Part shown: in pieces, positions 9,548 to 19,262 of the stretch
Layout: each line of letters opens with the position of its first letter
Position numbering within the stretch: the stretch's first letter is position 1
DNA from: Promethearchaeota archaeon Loki_b32
GTDB lineage: Archaea; Asgardarchaeota; Lokiarchaeia; Sigyniarchaeales; SOKP01
Assembly (NCBI GenBank): GCA_005223125.1
Contig: NJBH01000011.1
Coordinates: forward strand, 32,001-96,000
DNA length: 64,000 bases
Direction: 5' to 3'
The notes under the pieces: generated by a model
Told to the model about the DNA's origin: nothing
Seen by the model: only the letters and a program-made list of their open reading frames with translations
Database searches by the model: none
Program-made: the position numbers and the translations under genes

Positions 9548-10555
9548 TTAATGAATATCCAAAAAATGTTCAATTTTGCTTAGTTTAAACAAGAGCCAAG
9601 ATTTGAATTGTTTAAAATCTAATAATGAGGGAATTTCAGAATACTCCGATAAATTATCATAAAGTACATCAATAACAGAATTTATAAGCCCGATAGCTTT
9701 AGGTCTAATTAAGACAATTTTATCCATCGATGATGTTTTAGAGTGTGCTTCTCTGTACTGTGATATAAATTCACATGCTCGTTGGATTATCATAATAGTC
9801 TGATTATCAAAATTTTTTTCAATACAGGCGTAAAAATCTCGTAATTCGGCGTCTTTATAGGGAATTTTCCAATCTTTCATAATTCCAACCCATTTGCCTA
9901 GAGAAATTGACTTTTTTTTCATAAGATCTCCGAACTTATTATTAAATTCTGGTGAAGTGTTTTTTCTTCTAAATTTACTCTGATATAATTCTGTTAATGG
10001 TCTAAGACAGGAGGAAAGTTTATCGTTAAGAATAGTCTCAAGACCCTTTGAATAATTATTAATAACGCTAGAAGCATCGAAATTAGCAGAATTTTGAAAT
10101 TGGTTAAAGATTTGATCTCCAGATGTAAACATCTTTCGAATTTCAAGATTAGAAATTTTATGGATCTTTAAACCATTTAACTGCTGTAAATTATTTTTAA
10201 ATTTATCAATTATATCTTCTATAAGATCAAGTTTGGTGTAGAACCAATCTCTAAATTCTTCTGGTTCTTCATATATAGAAGGAATAGATTCTGCTGGATG
10301 CGTGATTTCTTGAATCTTCAATGTGGGAATTTTATGTGGGGAACACTTGACCTGAGAAGGACTTTTTACTTTATTTAATATTATCTCAAAATCTAATTGG
10401 TCCGCTTCTGTTAAAGAATAATGAGATATATTCATCTGAGCCCATTCCTCAATAAACTCTTGTGGTATTCCTTTATTCCAATGATGATTACGTAAATAGT
10501 TAAATAATTTTTGCGGATCATATAACTCTTGCAATTCTAAATGTGACGGATTCAC
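9548..10555 (-). CDS. Hypothetical protein, possible degenerate HEPN-like C-terminal domain
   Basis: GTG start with GAGG upstream; DASSVINNYSKGLE...ISLG...YREAHS. Confidence 0.5.
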   Translation of the reverse strand: MNPSHLELQELYDPQKLFNYLRNHHWNKGIPQEFIEEWAQMNISHYSLTEADQLDFEIILNKVKSPSQVKCSPHKIPTLKIQEITHPAESIPSIYEEPEEFRDWFYTKLDLIEDIIDKFKNNLQQLNGLKIHKISNLEIRKMFTSGDQIFNQFQNSANFDASSVINNYSKGLETILNDKLSSCLRPLTELYQSKFRRKNTSPEFNNKFGDLMKKKSISLGKWVGIMKDWKIPYKDAELRDFYACIEKNFDNQTIMIIQRACEFISQYREAHSKTSSMDKIVLIRPKAIGLINSVIDVLYDNLSEYSEIPSLLDFKQFKSWLLFKLSKIEHFLDIH

Positions 10556-10661
10556 CCTCTTACTACGGTATTCATGTAAGAAACTTTAATTTGTATTTAA
10601 GGATGAATTATAGATCTGATAAGAGTATATAAACAAAAAAATGAAATTTAAAATTCAAAAA

Positions 10662-10889
10662 TTAGGAAAAATCATCATCCAGAAATTTTTTTATCTTTTT
10701 TCGTTCCTCCTCATCAAAAGCCTCTGCAAAGGCATCTAATTCATCTTCTGCTAAAATATTTTCCTCGTCAATGACGCTTTTGATATCTTCAATAAAAAAG
10801 GATGACCCACACTCAGCACATTCGATATGGGAGACAAAAACAAAAACATTTTCAGACTTACAACGTGGACAGTAATATTCCTTTGGCAT
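10662..10889 (-). CDS. Small zinc-ribbon protein with acidic tail (75 aa)
   Basis: MPKEYYCPRC...CAECG; ATG 10889 preferred over the longer track start. Confidence 0.6.
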   Translation of the reverse strand: MPKEYYCPRCKSENVFVFVSHIECAECGSSFFIEDIKSVIDEENILAEDELDAFAEAFDEEERKKIKKFLDDDFS

Positions 10890-11117
10890 TCTTAAAGTAA
10901 AAAATATACATAATTGGATAATTATTATTATTGAAACTGAGAATATAAAACTATCATCATAAAATATTATGGAAATAAATAATGGGGATTTAATGAGAAA
11001 TCTCATCACCAATCAATAATTTATTATTTCTTTAAGAAATCTTCCCTATTTAAATGAAAATTGAATAAGACCTACATGACTTTTTTCTTTAAACTTTTAA
11101 ATATATATCCTGATTTC

Positions 11118-11411
11118 TCATGAAAAGATTACCGTTTTTAAGATATTATCTTTAAATTCTTCCCGTAATGCATTTTTTGTCACTACATCTACTTTACATT
11201 TAAATTCTTCTTCGAGAAATAAAGAAAGCCCAATGAAATCAAAAAGATCTGCTCCTTCCTCAAAATCGGCAAGTATATCAATATCACTGAATTCCTGAGG
11301 TTCTCCGTTTGTATAGGAGCCAAATAATCCTAATTCTTTCACTTTATATTTCTTTTTTAAATCTGGTTTTAGGTTAGTTAGCCTTCTAAGAATTTCTTTT
11401 TTATTAAGCAT
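11118..11411 (-). CDS. Minimal nucleotidyltransferase (MNT, MntA-like antitoxin)
   Basis: LGLFGSY...SDIDIL...KVDVV, 97 aa. Confidence 0.88.
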   Translation of the reverse strand: MLNKKEILRRLTNLKPDLKKKYKVKELGLFGSYTNGEPQEFSDIDILADFEEGADLFDFIGLSLFLEEEFKCKVDVVTKNALREEFKDNILKTVIFS

Positions 11412-12142
11412 CTTTTACAAATCATTTAGTATTTTGTTATTTTAAATATACCATTTTTAATATTTTAATGATAACATGTTAAGAATTTAATGATAAAATT
11501 ATGGATTCTCCTATTTTAAATTAGTATTTAGAATTATAGAAGGGGAAAAAGATATCTTATGATGAAAGAATAGATTTTTAATATTTTAATTCAGAAATAT
11601 TTATTTCAAATCTAAATTACAACACTTTTGGTTTAAATATTAAGAAATTTACCAATAATATTGATTCTCTCCTTAATGTGATATAAAAATAATTTTTGAA
11701 AAAATAGAAATTGAATTTTATGATAAGATAGAACTAAAATTTATAATCCATATAAAGAAAATTAGAAAAGGCATTTTAACGAGTAAAGAACACTAAAATT
11801 AAAGATTTGAAAAAATGAACTAGCAATCCGTGGGAGATATATACTGTTCATTATAATATGGATTTCCCAAAGGAAGAATTTGTCTTAGAAAACATACCCC
11901 TCAGATATTGGGTTAATATTATCTAAGTGTTGGTGATAAACTTAGTTCCCAATATAGGCATTTTTTGACAGGTGATGATTAAAATGCAAAATTTCTAGTC
12001 ATTTACATTACTCACAAAAAACCACCCCTCAAAATTTATGAGTAGACGCTTTCTTTTCATCAATTATTTTTTGAGGAAAATGCATAAAAAGGGTAGTCCT
12101 CATTTTATGTTAATTAGGTAAATAAAAGAAGTGATCAAAGCA

Positions 12143-13367
12143 TTGGCGACATATAAAACACTTCAAGAGAGTGGACTATTCCCTACTATATCACATCTCA
12201 ATTGCGATATTTGTGGATCTTCTAATATTATAGAAAATCTTGAGGGATATGTGTGCCGGGATTGTGGAATTGTATTAGGAAATTCAAAAATTACAATACG
12301 ATAGACCTTATAATGAAGATTTAATCCAATATGCCAAGGGTGTAGGCAAAACACAGATAGGAACGAGGCGAGAAAGAATAATCTCGCCTCTTTCTATCAA
12401 ATTACAAAGAATAAACAAATACAATTCTATAACCACCAGTGAACGAGCAGTAATTGAGGGAGCCCGTATTGAAGTAGCGAGGATCTTTAATTATTTAGGT
12501 TTAGATGGATATGATGCTTTAAAAGAAATGGTTCTAGATAAGTTCAAAAAAATTAGAGCGAAATTTAGACAGGGTTCAAAATATAAAAACATAGAAAAGC
12601 TAGTTTCAATTACGATTTATTTCTGTCTTAAGCTTAGGAATGTATCTATTAATCCATACGAATTGATTGAAATTTCTAAAATTTCAAAAAAAGAGTTCAA
12701 TGATTTCATTTTGCAGCTTCAAAAGTTCTTACCAGAATATGGTGAACGTAATAGACAGGAATATATTTCCCAGAGAATTCTCGAAATTTCTGAACATTTT
12801 GATTTAGGAATGCCATTTTACTTTCTTTCGAAGAAGATTTTGTATAGGTTATGGCAAGGAATTAAAAATACAACTGATAATGTAGTTGCTGGATTAATAA
12901 GTTCAATCTCTATTTTATGTTCGTATAAAGAAAAGGTAAGTGTAAGTTCCATTTGTAATCGTTTAGGTATTAGAATGAGTACTGTCTAGGCACAGGTTAA
13001 GAAAAAGATTTTTCAGAGGTTTAAAGTTGTGGGATTTGTAAGTTTAATAAAATCGTCCGATTTCTTAGTGAAAATAATAAATAAATTAGGGATTTTAGAA
13101 GAACCAGGATTAAGAGATTAGGAAGATGGAGGAGAAATCATTCTCGGAAATGCTTCGAAAATATTTAATATTCATAATGATTTAGATTACTATTATTTTG
13201 CACTACCAGGAAAAGAAAAATACCCTATATTTCTTTTTCTTAAGGTTTATGATTCTCCGTTAGATTTTAATTATGAAAGACGTCCTAAAATTAAAGGTGA
13301 TTCATTACTCGATTTTGAATTATATAAGTATTATACATCTAAAGACCCTCCTTTATTAGGGATTTAA
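12143..13367 (+). pseudogene. Divergent TFB/TFIIB-like gene, disrupted
   Basis: Zinc ribbon CDICGS...YVCRDCGIVL, 1-nt insertion near 12278, cyclin-like helical repeats in 12528-12989, in-frame TAG at 12987 and about 13119, frame continues to TAA 13365-13367. Confidence 0.7.
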
Positions 13368-13487
13368 CTTTTCCTTAGTGTTTTACTATAAACTATAAAC
13401 TCTAATTTTTCACTTTTTTTTTTATTTCCTTTTCTATAAATTTGAGTTAATGCATTATTCTTTTTTTATTTAAATTTACATGTTCTA

Positions 13488-14183
13488 ATGGAAAACATCC
13501 ATATCCGTACAAGAAAAGATGAAGATGTAAAGAAATATCTCAAACCAATGTATATTTACAAAATTGGAGTCGATCTAACAAGTTTAATGGAAGACGTTTA
13601 TAAGTTAATAACTATGGTTCTCGAAGAACGATTACACTATCTTTCTCAGTTAAACTTTTTAGAAACTAAAGGAGAACATTTACATACTAATATCATACGA
13701 AAAGATTTACTCAAATTAAATACAGAGTTAGTAAGGCTATTACAGAGTAATGGGGATAAAACCGGAGTATATAGTGCCCTCTCTATCAATGCTCAAGCAT
13801 TAATCCTTTACCACATGCTAGAATTAGTAGAGCAACAAGGTTTAGATGTTTTATTAGATTATTTTATAAAACTTAGCAAGGATGCAAAAAAGAAAAATAG
13901 CTCAAAAGCTGCCAAGATATTAGCTTCTGATGGACGATTGCAAAGAATTTATTTAGAATTAAAAAAAAATGTTGAATTTTCTCCTGAAAACCTTATTCAT
14001 CCGAAGTATCATGTATTAGTTAAGATAATTTCAGAACAATTACAGAATAATCCCTCCTCTCGGATTTTAGTATGTGTAAAATTAAGAAATTCAGTAAAAA
14101 ATATCGTAAATAGACTAAAAGAAATAAAAACGATAAAACCAAAACGTTTTGTAGGTCAAGCAACAAAATTTTTACATATCTGA
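13488..14183 (+). pseudogene. Internal fragment of Hef/FANCM-like SF2 helicase
   Basis: HPK...RILV.VKLRNSV...RFVGQA (motifs IV/IVa) after the helical insert; Walker A/B and motifs V/VI absent. Confidence 0.8.
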
Positions 14184-14358
14184 AAAATAATCCTTTTTTG
14201 ATTGCTTCTTTTTGGATCTCACGTAGTTGAAATATTTTTCCTTCAAAAAGTACACGTAGAATACGCTTATCATTAATAAATTTAAAAATATCTCTGTTTG
14301 TGGAACATTCTATTTTTTCTTTCTCAAGTTTATCAGAAAAATCTCCTAGAGTTATTAT
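14179..14358 (-). pseudogene. N-terminal fragment of a Ski2/Hel308-like helicase
   Basis: IFQLREIQKEAIKKGLFFR is a Q-motif segment; similarity ends before the expected Walker A; AGGTGA at 14367-14362. Confidence 0.55.
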
Positions 14359-14368
14359 ATATCACCTA

Positions 14369-14671
14369 TTAGTATGGATTTGTCCATTTTTTCATAATTT
14401 CTGAAAACGTCTCTGAATCTCTCGATATCTCTATACTTTTAATGACTCCTATATTTCTAACTTTTAACTCTAAATTAATATAACAGATTAAACTATGAAG
14501 AGGTTCTCCATGTAAATGAATATGAGGGAAATATATATTCGGATTCCCTTGTTTTAAGATATAATATTCAATTCCAAGCTCAATTTCTTTATTACATAGC
14601 GGACATATAACCTTTTGTGCCTGTCGTTTAACTTTTCTGAGATCCTTAATTCTACCAAAAACGATAACGAT
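14369..14671 (-). CDS. Small putative zinc-binding protein (100 aa), missed by the ORF track, probable ATC start
   Basis: Open frame IVIVFGRIK...VICPLC...PHIHLHGEPLHSLICY...KVR...WTNPY*; in-frame TGA two codons before ATC; AAGTGA upstream. Confidence 0.65.
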   Translation of the reverse strand: MVIVFGRIKDLRKVKRQAQKVICPLCNKEIELGIEYYILKQGNPNIYFPHIHLHGEPLHSLICYINLELKVRNIGVIKSIEISRDSETFSEIMKKWTNPY

Positions 14672-14764
14672 TGTATATCACTTTCTATTTTTTATGAATA
14701 CAACAAATATCAAGGAAATTTAAAGGAAAAAAATATGAAAATATTCTTATTTTTAAGAAAAGGT

Positions 14765-14927
14765 CACTCCCGCCCCATTAACGCAAGTATGCGTCGAAAA
14801 TATTTTAGGAGGAGGGCGAAATCAGAGTGTAGAAAACTACACTACCAAAAGACAAAAATCCAGGGTATAGGGTGGGAGTGGAATTTATTTTAAATTCATA
14901 TTGAATATTCTTGAAAATTCTTGCCAT
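14765..14927 (-). ncRNA. Candidate structured RNA / micropeptide transcript, copy 2 (sORF 14805-14927)
   Basis: Closing stem 14880-14869/14776-14765, hairpins 14826-14843 and 14780-14795, 22-nt core 14844-14865, TATATAAA about 30 nt upstream of the ATG. Confidence 0.65.
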
Positions 14928-15038
14928 TACATGTATAATGAACTCAATTTAACATTTATATATGTTGTTTATAATTAGAAAATTCCAAGACTCTATTTTT
15001 TTCTTTATAAATACTAAGTTTAATCTTCATCAATACAC

Positions 15039-18000
15039 ATGACGGAACAAAATCTTCTAGAAAAGAAACAAAATCACAAAGATGAAAAATCTGATACCAT
15101 CAATTCTAGTGTATCTGAAAAATTACTTACTCCTAGTATTGTTAAAGAAGGATTTACAGTGATCAAAGGAATTGGACCTTCTGTGGCGAAAAAGTTGACT
15201 GAAGCTAAAATCGATTCAATAGAAAAGTTAGCACATCTCTCACCAAACACACTTACATCTTCAATTAATGGTATTGGTGTAGCGTCAGCTCAGAAGATCA
15301 TAAATGGCGCAAAGGGGCATTTATCTTTAAAAAAATTAAATGATTTTTCACCATCGACTGAAGATGATGATAATAACGAAATAGAGAGTTCTAAACTCGA
15401 AGTTTATAAAGAAACTAAAGATGATGACATTAATAAAAGCCATTCTAACGATCTGAAAGGACCTCAAGGAAGATCTAATCGATGGTTCGAAGATAAATTT
15501 AAAAAGTTAAAGACAGCAACATGGTACCCTCCGGCTAATTTAGCTCCAGATATAGAGATTATGGCTGAGGAATTATTAGAAGATGAAGAATTAATAGAGA
15601 TTAAAGATAGGGAGGAATTGAAACTGACAAGATTGGAGAGTGTTAGAAATTTTCTCGAATCAGATACAGGTGTACCGTTAATAGAATCAATAAAAAGACC
15701 TAGAGTAGATGAAATATCAATACATTTGGATGAACCAGCAGACTTTATAGAAAGTATGAATCATGAACAAATCAATAATTTAAAAGATAATATAACTACG
15801 ATTCTTGAATCCGGTGAATTTCACATTATTACAAGGCTTCCTTCATTAAAGCCTGTTTTTATGAGGATTGACTTATTAGCTTTAAAACTCATCAATGTTG
15901 ATGATTTCTTAGAATTAATCTGTATTATACCTGTAAAGATTTGTTCTTTAAAGGGACCTCTAATAGTCTCGGAAGATGACATTAGTTATCATCCACTAGA
16001 AGACTATGAAAAAAATATCCACATTGATAATCAATTATTAATTGGATTGAAGATGGTTAACCTAAAGTATATTTATCGATCACCTTTTTGTTTGTTTGGG
16101 AAATTTCTTGAGAGTCTTAATAATCATAAGATCTCCTATAGCTACACGTTAAAAAATCAACCAATTAACTATCATGAGTTCTATAAATTTGGATTAAAAC
16201 ACATTCATGAAAAATTAAAAGACTTTATTTTATTTAGTTCCGAGCATGGAATAAAAAGTGAAGCTGATGCAGAACAATGGCTTGGATATCGCTCTGGAAT
16301 GTGGTACAGCACATTAACACTTACCGTTAATTCATACACATTTAAAAAATCTATCAATGATTGTAATTTCGACCAATTGGAAGAAGATTTATCTAATAAA
16401 ATTGATACTCTCAGGGGGGCATTTAACTCAAACTTTCAAAATTATGAAATTGAAGATTTAAACTCACAGGTGTTAATATCGGGATACCTTTTTACTGCCC
16501 TGAAAAATAACTATTTTAGGCTAAACGGTTCACATCTTAATTATTTGATGGTTCAAGGAGCAAATCTTTCACCATTGACAACTATAGCGGATATCCTTAG
16601 AAAAGGAATTGATACAATGATAGCTGCTGAATTTAATACCCCATTATATTTAGAGAATTTTATAACCATAGGACATACGAGAAATACGGAAGTGTTAGAA
16701 AATGAAGTTAACTTTGGATTTACGAGAGAACAGACAAAAAATCTTTTAATTGTGAATGGTACGACAATAAGTAGGGATTATGCTGCCATGAAGATTGTCT
16801 CTGAATTAATAAAAGCTCAAATCCCTTCTTTGGTATTTGATTTTAATGGCACATGGTCAACCTTAATTAGCTATTTCAAAAATTCAGACTTTCAAAAAGA
16901 AATTTTGCATTTTAAATTAGGGAGTGCGTTTACAATAGATCCTTTAGTCTCTGATATAGCATATGATACTGATAATACCGGATTCCTAGAATATATGCTT
17001 GACGCTTATGGAATGGCTTTTAAAAAGGATCAAAGAATTATTGATATGTTTCGAAATACAATAAAGAAAAATCCTGGATTGGATCTTCCATCAATGAATT
17101 TAGATTTGCAGACTCAAAAAGATTGGGAAAAAAGCCCAATAAATGATTCATTACTGAATCTTTTTTCAGATTTCACTCAGCAAGATCTTACTTTTTTTCA
17201 AGGATTTCAAGGAGATATTAAAAATAAAATAACCAGTCATGATTTTGTTACCAATAATAAAACTGTTATTATCGACCTATCAATTATACGAGATCTTGAT
17301 AAGAAACTATTCTTTGTATTTCTAATTCTCTCAAAAATAATTCATTATATCAAAAATGATGAGCAATTTATCAAAAAAACTATTGTAATTCCAAATATTG
17401 ATATCTATTTTGATTCTCGCTATTTAGATCTAAAAATGAACTATGGAAAAATCAATTTATTTTTAGATCCCCTCATTGAACGCGAATTTGGCTTAATTTT
17501 TCTCGCAAACCAAATTAGGTATCTCCATCCCAATTTATTTAATTATTTTACTAACATCATGACATTCCGAGCAACAGATCATCGTGATGTTACAACTTTA
17601 GGCAGTTTGTTAAACCTGCAGGAGCTTGAAGGAATTGGGTATTATACACTAACCAGAAATCAGACCTATCAGATAAAATATCTAAAAAGCTTGAAGAATA
17701 ATGAAGTGATTGTAAGAAGAGATGATATCTACCAGCCTTTTCCGGCAATAATTGATTGGGAAGATATTAAAAAGATAAAAAAACTAACATATGAAGAGAT
17801 TGTACTATTTATGGAACAACATGGTTATAATTTAAAATATACTGAAAGGAAGATATTAGAACAAGCAAAAAAAACAATATTTGATATAGATTTAGGACAT
17901 TATATTTTATATTTAGAAGAAGTGATCAAGTTTTTAGATGAGGTACAGAATTTTGACCAAGTTGGGAATCTTTATGCTTCAAAGCTTAAAAAACAATTAA

Positions 18001-18725
18001 AAGAAATTGTATATCCTAAAATTTCACAGAAAACCCAAAACAAAGAACGAATAAAGAATATTAGAGATAGATTGTTTGAGATTTTAATAAAGCATGGATA
18101 TTTAGTTGAAAACCATCCTAGACGCGCTAGCGGTTCTGAAGCCCTCAGAACTTCGTATTCTGTAGGACTTCGCTATCAGGAAGCACTCAAGGATTACTAT
18201 AAGATTAAAGGAAAAGCTTCTGCAAATATTAATGTAGAAGTACTGGAAAAAGGTATTGGAGAGCAAGATGACTTAACTCATTTGTTTCAGGAACAACCCT
18301 CCCGAAAATATATTATTCAAAAGGAAAACCTAAAGCAAGCCTTGGCTCGTGAGTTTAGTGATCTTAACTATGATATTTTCAATATCTATCTATTTATCAA
18401 GAAAAATGATTACCAAAATGCATTAAGAATTGAACATGGGTTAATTAATAAATTTCTGATGAATGTCTATAAGCATTTTTATAATATTGATATCTCACCA
18501 GAACCGGAGAAACTAACCACTTTCTTAACTCATTTAACAAATATTGAAGGATTCCCTTTCACAGACCATGAACTTATGGAATATGTCGAGAAATATCAAG
18601 TCATTGAGATCGAATCTGAAAGCATAGAAGCACGAGTCGAACAAGTATATCATCAAATTTATAATTTCTTTATTAAAATACAGAATTATATCTATGAAAA
18701 TGATGAAAAAAATGGAAGATTCTAA
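15039..18725 (+). CDS. Large protein: N-terminal helix-hairpin-helix module joined to a degenerate HerA/DUF87/VirB4-like ATPase region
   Basis: IKGIGPSVAKKL and INGIGVASAQKII; NLLIVNGTTISRD (no GK[ST]) followed by SLVFDFNGTW, TVIIDLS, LIFLANQ. Confidence 0.55.
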   Translation: MTEQNLLEKKQNHKDEKSDTINSSVSEKLLTPSIVKEGFTVIKGIGPSVAKKLTEAKIDSIEKLAHLSPNTLTSSINGIGVASAQKIINGAKGHLSLKKLNDFSPSTEDDDNNEIESSKLEVYKETKDDDINKSHSNDLKGPQGRSNRWFEDKFKKLKTATWYPPANLAPDIEIMAEELLEDEELIEIKDREELKLTRLESVRNFLESDTGVPLIESIKRPRVDEISIHLDEPADFIESMNHEQINNLKDNITTILESGEFHIITRLPSLKPVFMRIDLLALKLINVDDFLELICIIPVKICSLKGPLIVSEDDISYHPLEDYEKNIHIDNQLLIGLKMVNLKYIYRSPFCLFGKFLESLNNHKISYSYTLKNQPINYHEFYKFGLKHIHEKLKDFILFSSEHGIKSEADAEQWLGYRSGMWYSTLTLTVNSYTFKKSINDCNFDQLEEDLSNKIDTLRGAFNSNFQNYEIEDLNSQVLISGYLFTALKNNYFRLNGSHLNYLMVQGANLSPLTTIADILRKGIDTMIAAEFNTPLYLENFITIGHTRNTEVLENEVNFGFTREQTKNLLIVNGTTISRDYAAMKIVSELIKAQIPSLVFDFNGTWSTLISYFKNSDFQKEILHFKLGSAFTIDPLVSDIAYDTDNTGFLEYMLDAYGMAFKKDQRIIDMFRNTIKKNPGLDLPSMNLDLQTQKDWEKSPINDSLLNLFSDFTQQDLTFFQGFQGDIKNKITSHDFVTNNKTVIIDLSIIRDLDKKLFFVFLILSKIIHYIKNDEQFIKKTIVIPNIDIYFDSRYLDLKMNYGKINLFLDPLIEREFGLIFLANQIRYLHPNLFNYFTNIMTFRATDHRDVTTLGSLLNLQELEGIGYYTLTRNQTYQIKYLKSLKNNEVIVRRDDIYQPFPAIIDWEDIKKIKKLTYEEIVLFMEQHGYNLKYTERKILEQAKKTIFDIDLGHYILYLEEVIKFLDEVQNFDQVGNLYASKLKKQLKEIVYPKISQKTQNKERIKNIRDRLFEILIKHGYLVENHPRRASGSEALRTSYSVGLRYQEALKDYYKIKGKASANINVEVLEKGIGEQDDLTHLFQEQPSRKYIIQKENLKQALAREFSDLNYDIFNIYLFIKKNDYQNALRIEHGLINKFLMNVYKHFYNIDISPEPEKLTTFLTHLTNIEGFPFTDHELMEYVEKYQVIEIESESIEARVEQVYHQIYNFFIKIQNYIYENDEKNGRF

Positions 18726-19089
18726 CATAAATCAGCAAAATCTTAATGAAATACTAGAAAAGTTAGTATTTGATGATGGAGATCTTACAAATCTGAAGGT
18801 TTCAATTGATAAGATGATTACTGGCCAAATTTCGAGAAGACAATTTCGAGAAACAATCATTGAAAGTAGATCAAGAATTATTGAGAGAATAACTGAATTT
18901 ATTCCTTTTTATCTCAGACAAAAGAAAAAAGATGATGCCCTAAATAAATTCGCAGAACCCGACAATCATATGAATAATTCAGAATTAGAGGAGCAGTTAA
19001 ACGAGAAGAATAGATTCATTGAAGAAGTGGGAATAAAAATTAGTAATATTTACGAGAAGATGAGACATAAATTTAAGATCAATGTCTAA
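18712..19089 (+). CDS. Hypothetical helical/coiled-coil protein
   Basis: ORF overlaps the upstream stop, suggesting translational coupling; start uncertain (18694-18712). Confidence 0.55.
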   Translation: MEDSNINQQNLNEILEKLVFDDGDLTNLKVSIDKMITGQISRRQFRETIIESRSRIIERITEFIPFYLRQKKKDDALNKFAEPDNHMNNSELEEQLNEKNRFIEEVGIKISNIYEKMRHKFKINV

Positions 19090-19262
19090 GTTCTTAGTTT
19101 TATACTGATAAAGGCTAATTTTTCGAGGCCTTTTTCTTAAATATTTAAAGGAAAAAAAGACTGACTTCTCTAACCTTTTTTATTTAAATATACTTGCGAA
19201 TTTTGTAGTTAAATCGTTATTAGACTCTCAAAACAAAGAAAAAACTAAAAAAAGTATATATT

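Noticed and set aside
11700-11930. Possible degraded coding remnant (...NPWEIYTVHYNMDFPKEEFVLENIPLRYW...)
   Set aside because: Multiple stops and no identifiable family
12265-12305. BHB intron as explanation of the TFB-like frameshift
   Set aside because: Local hairpin lacks BHB geometry; removing one base restores the frame
12987-13121. Pyrrolysine/amber readthrough of two TAG codons in the TFB-like gene
   Set aside because: The gene also has a frameshift, TAG ends normal genes in this window, and no pyl genes are visible
14615-14893. 92-aa plus-strand ORF
   Set aside because: Antisense to the structured RNA unit and overlaps the minus-strand zinc-protein gene
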